64,000 nucleotides of DNA from contig CAVQFQ010000017.1 of the NCBI GenBank assembly GCA_963711835.1, positions 384,001 to 448,000 on the forward strand. Reading direction: 5' to 3'. Of this stretch, positions 58,432 through 64,000 are shown piece by piece (position 1 is the first letter of the stretch; every line of letters begins with the position of its first letter). Position numbers and translations under genes: made by a program. Below the pieces are notes generated by a model. It saw only the letters and a program-made list of their open reading frames with translations. It made no database searches and had not been told where the DNA came from. The DNA is from an uncultured delta proteobacterium (GTDB taxonomy: Bacteria; Desulfobacterota; RBG-13-43-22).

Positions 58432-59301
58432 ATGGCCTTAATTTTTTTTAAGATCTCCTTAACACTCTACTTAGCCGGTACGTTGGGATACCTTCTTTTT
58501 ATTATTTTCCAAAAAAAAGAGCTGGCCCGGTATTCCTATCGCCTGCTGGGCATCGGCTTTGTCTTTCACTCCCTGGCCATCGGCCTGAAATATTATCAGG
58601 CCGGCTATTTCCCGGTCACCACCCTTAGGGAATCCCTCTCATTTTTCGCCTGGGCTATTATCGGGGTTTATCTCCTGATTCAACTCCGGTTCAACATCAG
58701 GGTCCTGGGCTCCTTTCTTTCTCCCCTGGCCGCCATTATGATGATCAGTTCTTCTTTCCTGCCCGCTCAAACCGTACCGGGGCCTCCCTTGTTGCGGAGC
58801 TTTTGGCTGCTGGTCCATGTGGTGACCATCTTTCTGGGAAACGGGGTCTTTGCCATCGCTTTCCTGGCCGGCCTGATGTATCTCATACAGGAAAAGGAGA
58901 TCAAATCAAAGCGTCTGGGAACACTCTATCACCGCCTGCCCTCTCTGGAAGTCCTGGATGCCCTCAATTACAACTGTCTGATTATAGGCTTCCCCTTATT
59001 AACCCTGGGGATGCTGAGCGGTTCCCTGTATGCTCAGGCCACCCTGGGGACCTTCTGGCGCTGGGATCCCAAAGAGGTCTGGTCATTGATCACCTGGTTG
59101 CTCTACGCCGCCCTTCTGCATGGCCGCCTGGTCAGCGGCTGGCGAGGTCGGCGTTCGGCCCAAATATCTATTTTCGGATTTCTGATTCTGATTTTTTCCT
59201 TTGTGGGGGTCAATTTTTGGGTCAAGGGTTATCACACCTTTTCCAGCTTCCAGAATTCCCCCCCTCCGATCATTGAAGCGGCACCGGAGGAAAAAAAGTA
59301 A
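58432..59301 (+). CDS. ccsA: Cytochrome c assembly protein (CcsA/HemX-like)
   Basis: WWD-type motif WRWDPKEVWS, conserved His, LPSLE.LD, about 8 TMs. Confidence 0.85.
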   Translation: MALIFFKISLTLYLAGTLGYLLFIIFQKKELARYSYRLLGIGFVFHSLAIGLKYYQAGYFPVTTLRESLSFFAWAIIGVYLLIQLRFNIRVLGSFLSPLAAIMMISSSFLPAQTVPGPPLLRSFWLLVHVVTIFLGNGVFAIAFLAGLMYLIQEKEIKSKRLGTLYHRLPSLEVLDALNYNCLIIGFPLLTLGMLSGSLYAQATLGTFWRWDPKEVWSLITWLLYAALLHGRLVSGWRGRRSAQISIFGFLILIFSFVGVNFWVKGYHTFSSFQNSPPPIIEAAPEEKK

Positions 59302-59408
59302 ATGAACAGGTGCTTCATTTTTTTATCCTTCTTGGCTGCCTGTCCCAGAGCGACTCAGGGATTTAGTATGACCCAGACAGCCTTTGATTCGGTTGCCGCG
59401 GTTTTGAG

Positions 59409-60701
59409 GTGTCTCTCTTGGAAATTGTACTGGTAGGCCTCAATCATAAGACAGCCTGCCTGGAGCTTAGGGAACAACTGACCGGCTCTCTAAGCCGTAA
59501 CGGCTCGGCCCTGCTTGAGACTAAAAAACTCCCCTTGGTCGAGGAATGTCTTTTTCTGAACACCTGCAACCGGGTAGAGGTCCTTTTTACGACCGATTCC
59601 CCTGAGCAGGGGGGTCGGGAACTAATCGGGTTTTGGGCCGGGGGTGTTCTTAAATCGCCTTCAGAACTCAAGGGCCATCTTTATATTTATCGGTCCGATG
59701 ACGCCGTCCGCCACTTCTTTCGGGTTGCGGCCAGCCTGGATTCCATGGTTGTGGGAGAACCCCAGATCCTTGGTCAACTCAAGGAGGCTTATCGCGAGGC
59801 GGTGAGACTTCACACCACCGGTGTCATACTCAATCGGCTGCTGCATAAGACCTTTTCCGTAGCCAAGCGCATCCGCACCGAAACAGGCATAGCCAGCCAT
59901 GCCGTTTCGATCAGCTTCGCCGCGGTTGAATTGACCAAAAAGATTTTTCAGGACCTGACCGGTAAAAAGGTCCTGGTCATCGGTGCCGGGGAAATGGCCG
60001 AGCTGGCCGTTGAACACCTGCTCACCAACAGGGTGCAAAAGGTTATCGTGGCCAACCGCACCCTGGAGCGGGCCCTGGACCTGGCCAGGCGCTGGCAGGG
60101 ATCGGCCATTTCACTGGAAGAAGTCCCCACGGCCCTGACCGAAGCAGACATCGTCATCAGTTCAACCGGCGCCCCGGAGTTGATCATCCACCATGGCCAG
60201 GTCAAGGGCATCATGAAACAGCGAAGACAAAGGCCCCTCTTTTTTATCGACATTGCCGTACCTCGGGACATCGACCCCAAAATCAACGAACTGGACAACG
60301 TCTATCTGTACGACATTGATGATCTGCAGGGGGTGGTCACCCAGAACCTGGCCCAGCGAAAGAACGAGGCCCTTCAGGCCGAACGGATCATCCAGGAAGA
60401 GGCCATCAAGTTTCGCTCCTGGCTGACAGGTCTGGAAGTGGTCCCCACCATTAAATCCCTGCGAAAAAAAATGGAAGCGGTTCTCCAAGGGGAGTGGAAA
60501 AAAGCCGGCTCCCTGCTCCAGGAATTGACGCCGGAGCAAAACAAAACCATTGAACTGATGACCCAATCCATCCTGAATAAGGTCCTGCATGATCCCATCA
60601 CCTTTTTAAAGGAACCGCAGCATCAGGGCCGGAAGGATGAACGAATCGATTTGGTTCAAAAGATTTTCAATCTTGGCAAAGAAGAAGGCGAGGATTTGTA
60701 G
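59409..60701 (+). CDS. hemA: Glutamyl-tRNA reductase
   Basis: GLNHKTA, TCNRVE, SLDSMVVGEPQILGQ, GAGEM, DIAVPRD. Confidence 0.97.
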   Translation: MSLLEIVLVGLNHKTACLELREQLTGSLSRNGSALLETKKLPLVEECLFLNTCNRVEVLFTTDSPEQGGRELIGFWAGGVLKSPSELKGHLYIYRSDDAVRHFFRVAASLDSMVVGEPQILGQLKEAYREAVRLHTTGVILNRLLHKTFSVAKRIRTETGIASHAVSISFAAVELTKKIFQDLTGKKVLVIGAGEMAELAVEHLLTNRVQKVIVANRTLERALDLARRWQGSAISLEEVPTALTEADIVISSTGAPELIIHHGQVKGIMKQRRQRPLFFIDIAVPRDIDPKINELDNVYLYDIDDLQGVVTQNLAQRKNEALQAERIIQEEAIKFRSWLTGLEVVPTIKSLRKKMEAVLQGEWKKAGSLLQELTPEQNKTIELMTQSILNKVLHDPITFLKEPQHQGRKDERIDLVQKIFNLGKEEGEDL

Positions 60702-60703
60702 CG

Positions 60704-61099
60704 ATGGCCGATATCATTGCCCTGGAAGAACGCATCAGGAAACAGCGGGAGCAGGCCCTTTCCCAAAAAAAAATAAAAAGGCTCAATTCCTTCTGGATGG
60801 CCCTGCAGTGTTCCGGCTGCCATCTCAAGTGTCCCAAGTGCGGCTTCCAACTCGAAGCCCCCCAGCCCCAGACTATTTCGGAGGAGTTGCCCGTTCGGCT
60901 CTGCCAGGCCTGCTGGGAAGAATACCTCCTCTACCGGGAAATGACTTCCGGCCGGACTCCGGTTACGGAGCAAGCCTATTATCATAACCAGGCCTGGCTG
61001 GAAATCTGGACCTCCTGGCTTCAATACCAGCGAAGTCTCCAGGGCTACCGGAATTCAAAAGAATTCTTGAGGTTGCTGGAAGAATTGAACCGGAAATAA
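60704..61099 (+). CDS. Hypothetical Cys-rich (Zn-finger-like) protein
   Basis: CSGC..KCPKCG...LCQAC; starts 2 nt after hemA stop. Confidence 0.75.
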   Translation: MADIIALEERIRKQREQALSQKKIKRLNSFWMALQCSGCHLKCPKCGFQLEAPQPQTISEELPVRLCQACWEEYLLYREMTSGRTPVTEQAYYHNQAWLEIWTSWLQYQRSLQGYRNSKEFLRLLEELNRK

Positions 61100-61138
61100 G
61101 GGAAAAAATGGTAAGGGGGACGCTCCTTCAGCAGATTC

Positions 61139-61231
61139 TTATTAAGGGTCTCAAAATAATAGTGACCCCCCGGTCCCATTTAATGCAAGCTCCTCAATTT
61201 CAGGTCAAGACTATTATGAGACCCTTAATAA
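61139..61231. mobile_element. Short (93 bp) internally deleted copy of element B
   Basis: Same 15-bp terminal IRs and near-identical sequence to 13198-13226 plus 13432-13495. Confidence 0.85.
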
Positions 61232-61232
61232 T

Positions 61233-61649
61233 TTAAAAGGGAATATCATCATCAGGGATTCCGCCCCCGGACTGCGGTTCGGCGGCCCCCAAATCCTTTT
61301 CATGAGGAACCCGTTCACCGGCCGGGCCCAGCATCTGCATGGTCTGGGCCAGTATCTCGGTGGTATACCGCTTGTTCCCTTCCCGGTCCTCCCAGGAGCG
61401 GGTGCGCAGTTTGCCCTCGATGTAAACCTGTTTGCCTTTGGCCAAATACTCCCCACAGATCTCCCCTAATCGAGCCCAGGCTACGATCCGGTGCCATTCG
61501 GTTCGATCTTCCTTGGTCCCGTCCTTGTTGACCCAGACATCTTTGGTGGCGATATTGAAGTTGGCCACTGCCGTCCCGGTGGCTGTATAGCGCAGTTCCG
61601 GATCAGCCCCCAGGTTTCCTATAAGAATGACCTTGTTTACCGAAGCCAT
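61233..61649 (-). CDS. ssb: Single-stranded DNA-binding protein
   Basis: [28 protein letters not shown], acidic tip DDDIPF. Confidence 0.97.
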   Translation of the reverse strand: MASVNKVILIGNLGADPELRYTATGTAVANFNIATKDVWVNKDGTKEDRTEWHRIVAWARLGEICGEYLAKGKQVYIEGKLRTRSWEDREGNKRYTTEILAQTMQMLGPAGERVPHEKDLGAAEPQSGGGIPDDDIPF

Positions 61650-61741
61650 AATGCCTCCTCTTCCTAAGCTTTAGCCTTCTTTGAGAATTTTTAACATAAG
61701 TCCCCCCGAGGGGCAAGACTTAATCAACCCGTAATCATCAA

Positions 61742-61770
61742 TTGACTAATCACCCTCAATTGATTATGAT
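61742..61770 (+). promoter_or_regulatory. Sigma70 promoter of plsC
   Basis: TTGACT-N17-TATGAT, overlapped by two TCAATTGA palindromes. Confidence 0.65.
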
Positions 61771-61815
61771 TTGGCTTGGCAAACTACCCCAACAGATGCA
61801 GAAAGCAGGAGCCCC

Positions 61816-62508
61816 TTGCGCAGCCTCTTGGTCTATCCTCTTTTTATTGTGCTGACTGTTGTCTTCAGTCTAATCGCCATACTGGTCGCCCTGGTTGATT
61901 CCTCGGGGAATCGCTCACACCAGGCGGCTTCCCTCTGGGCCACCTGGATTCTTATTCTCAGCGGGGTCCGGGTCCGGGTAACCAATCTAAACCTTCTGAC
62001 TCCCGGCCAGCCCTATATCCTGGCCGCCAACCATCAGAGCGCCTTCGATATTTTTGCCCTGTTATCCAAATTAAAGATACAATTCCGTTGGCTGGCCAAG
62101 GAAAGCCTCTTTAAGGTCCCTGTCTTCGGCTGGGCCATGAAGCGGGCCGGTTATATTCCGATCGATCGTTCCAATGCCAAGAAGGCCTATCAAAGCCTTA
62201 TGCAAGCTGCGGAAAAAATAAAAGCCGGGACTTCGATTCTGATCTTTCCCGAAGGCACCCGCCAGGACCCGTTCACCTTGGGGGAATTCAAGAGCGGCGG
62301 CTTTCACCTGGCTTTAAAATCCAAGCAGCCTATCGTCCCGGTCAGCATACGCGGCAGCGGACAGGTTCTGCCTAAAAACGGTTTCTGGATTCAACCCGGA
62401 ACCATACAGGTAACGGTAGGCGATCCGATTCCCACCAAGGGCTATACCTCCAAAAAAATGAATGAATTAATGGAAAAAGTCCGGGAAGGCATTGCCAAAA
62501 ATTTATAA
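61816..62508 (+). CDS. plsC: 1-acyl-sn-glycerol-3-phosphate acyltransferase
   Basis: NHQSAFD, IDR, FPEGTR, FKSG.F; TTG start after AGGAG. Confidence 0.9.
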   Translation: MRSLLVYPLFIVLTVVFSLIAILVALVDSSGNRSHQAASLWATWILILSGVRVRVTNLNLLTPGQPYILAANHQSAFDIFALLSKLKIQFRWLAKESLFKVPVFGWAMKRAGYIPIDRSNAKKAYQSLMQAAEKIKAGTSILIFPEGTRQDPFTLGEFKSGGFHLALKSKQPIVPVSIRGSGQVLPKNGFWIQPGTIQVTVGDPIPTKGYTSKKMNELMEKVREGIAKNL

Positions 62509-62562
62509 TCTCAGACCGGACTTTCTTCCGAAACCTTTTTAAATCTGTTAAAGGCCCTATCA

Positions 62563-64000
62563 TTGAACACATTGGAATCGAACCCTGAAGTCCGAACCTC
62601 TCCCTCTCTGGTGGATATCATCCCCTTGGGGGGGTTGGGGGAAATCGGCCTCAATATGCTCCTTCTGCAATACCAGGATCATATCCTGGTGATCGATGCC
62701 GGCCTGATGTTCCCGGAAGACACCATGTTGGGGGTGGATATCGTTATCCCGGACTTCAGTTACCTGCTGAAAAACAGGGAACATATCCGGGCGATTATCT
62801 TGACCCACGGCCATGAAGACCACATCGGGGCCCTGCCCTTTCTCCTCAAGGAACTGGCCGTACCGGTTTACGGCTCCCGATTTACCCTGGAACTGGTCAA
62901 GGAAAAATTAAAAGAACATCGGCTTTTAAGCTCTACCGATTTGCGGCAGGTTTCTCATCAGGAGATCCTGGACCTGGGACCCTTCAAAGTAGAATTCATC
63001 CGGGTTACCCACAGCATCCCGGATGGATTCGGGCTGGCTGTCCAAACCCCGGTGGGCACCTTGGTCCATTCCGGGGATTTCAAAATCGACCAAACCCCCT
63101 TAGGCGGGGTGGTTACCGACATCAACACCTTTGCGGCCTATGGGGCGGAAGGGGTCCTGGCCCTGCTATCCGATTCGACCAATGTGGAACGGGAAGGCTA
63201 CACCCTTTCGGAGAAGAGGATAGGGGAAACCCTGGACCAGATCATGCGGGAATGCCAAGGCCGGGTGATTGTGGCGGTTTTTGCCTCCAATATCCACCGC
63301 ATCCAGCAGATCGTCGATTCAGCGCTTCGCAACCAGCGCAAGATCGTTTTTAACGGCAAGAGCATGGTTACCAACTGCCGCATAGCCCGGGAAATGGGCT
63401 ACCTGAACCTTCCCCCCAGGATGGAATTGTCCCTGGGAGAAATGTCCCAGGTGCCGGAGTCCCAGGTGGCCATTATCACCACCGGCAGCCAGGCCGAACC
63501 CATGTCCTCCCTGACCCGGATCGCCATGGCCGACCATAAGCAGATAAAGATTAAAAAAGGGGATACGGTCATTCTTTCTTCCCGGTTTATCCCTGGAAAC
63601 GAAAAGGCCATTAACGGTTTAATCAACAACCTCTACCGCTTCGGGGCCGAAGTGATTTATGAAAAGGTGTCCGAGATCCATGTTTCCGGCCACGCCAACC
63701 AGGAAGAATTAAAATTGATGCTGCATCTCACCAAGCCCCAATACTTTATTCCTATCCACGGGGAATACCGTCATCTGGTCAAGCACGCCCAATTGGCCCA
63801 AAAGATCGGCCTGGCACCTGAAAAAATCATCCTGGCCGAGAACGGCCAGGTCATCCGCTTCAATGCCTCGGAAGGATGGCTGGCCGACCAGGTCGAGGTG
63901 GGCCGGGTCTTTGTGGACGGCCGAGGCGTAGGGGACGTGGACCAACTTATTCTGCGGGACCGGCGGCACTTGTCCAACGAAGGACTGATCGTGGTTTTTA
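62563..64000 (+). CDS. rnj: Ribonuclease J (3' truncated; missing from ORF track)
   Basis: Manual translation gives IIPLGGLGEIGLNM, IDAGLMFP, THGHEDHIG, THSIPD, SDSTN, FASNIHR, TGSQAEP, HVSGH; start codon uncertain. Confidence 0.93.
   Translation, partial: MNTLESNPEVRTSPSLVDIIPLGGLGEIGLNMLLLQYQDHILVIDAGLMFPEDTMLGVDIVIPDFSYLLKNREHIRAIILTHGHEDHIGALPFLLKELAVPVYGSRFTLELVKEKLKEHRLLSSTDLRQVSHQEILDLGPFKVEFIRVTHSIPDGFGLAVQTPVGTLVHSGDFKIDQTPLGGVVTDINTFAAYGAEGVLALLSDSTNVEREGYTLSEKRIGETLDQIMRECQGRVIVAVFASNIHRIQQIVDSALRNQRKIVFNGKSMVTNCRIAREMGYLNLPPRMELSLGEMSQVPESQVAIITTGSQAEPMSSLTRIAMADHKQIKIKKGDTVILSSRFIPGNEKAINGLINNLYRFGAEVIYEKVSEIHVSGHANQEELKLMLHLTKPQYFIPIHGEYRHLVKHAQLAQKIGLAPEKIILAENGQVIRFNASEGWLADQVEVGRVFVDGRGVGDVDQLILRDRRHLSNEGLIVVF

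Noticed and set aside
62626-62642. G runs at the start of rnj as a phase-variation tract
   Set aside because: In frame, encoding the conserved PLGGLGEIG motif
1-64000. Selenoprotein (UGA read-through) genes, prompted by selA
   Set aside because: No TGA-terminated ORF showed a family-consistent in-frame continuation; broken genes are frameshifts
1-64000. CRISPR array, prophage, integrase or transposase
   Set aside because: No regularly spaced direct repeats and no such protein motifs seen; genes flanking the tRNA-Ser pair are core genes

Overview
Chromosomal core-plus-accessory region of an anaerobic bacterium; gene content (xsc, selA, iorAB, sirC-ccsA-hemA, diheme cytochrome c) suggests Desulfobacterota/deltaproteobacterial origin (inference). 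It holds housekeeping genes (recJ, selA, trxAB, bamD, tatA, tatC, hemA, ssb, plsC, partial rnj, two tRNA-Ser), a Liv-type ABC transporter beside a LarA-family enzyme, an ~18 kb surface-glycan locus, and a sigma54 two-component module whose regulator carries three frameshifts. The glycan locus has gmd, three perosamine-synthase-like aminotransferases, two polyprenol-P-sugar GT2s, a B12 radical SAM, and three GT-C-type membrane proteins, two with paired discoidin domains and one broken at a G10 tract. Most notable: (1) that lipid-linked amino-sugar transfer system; (2) a PurF-like protein that has lost its glutaminase residues but keeps the PRPP motif; (3) two ~300-350 bp nested-inverted-repeat elements with related inner arms, each with a collapsed copy elsewhere in the window. 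No CRISPR array, rRNA, prophage or transposase was seen. All alignments and folds were done by eye.
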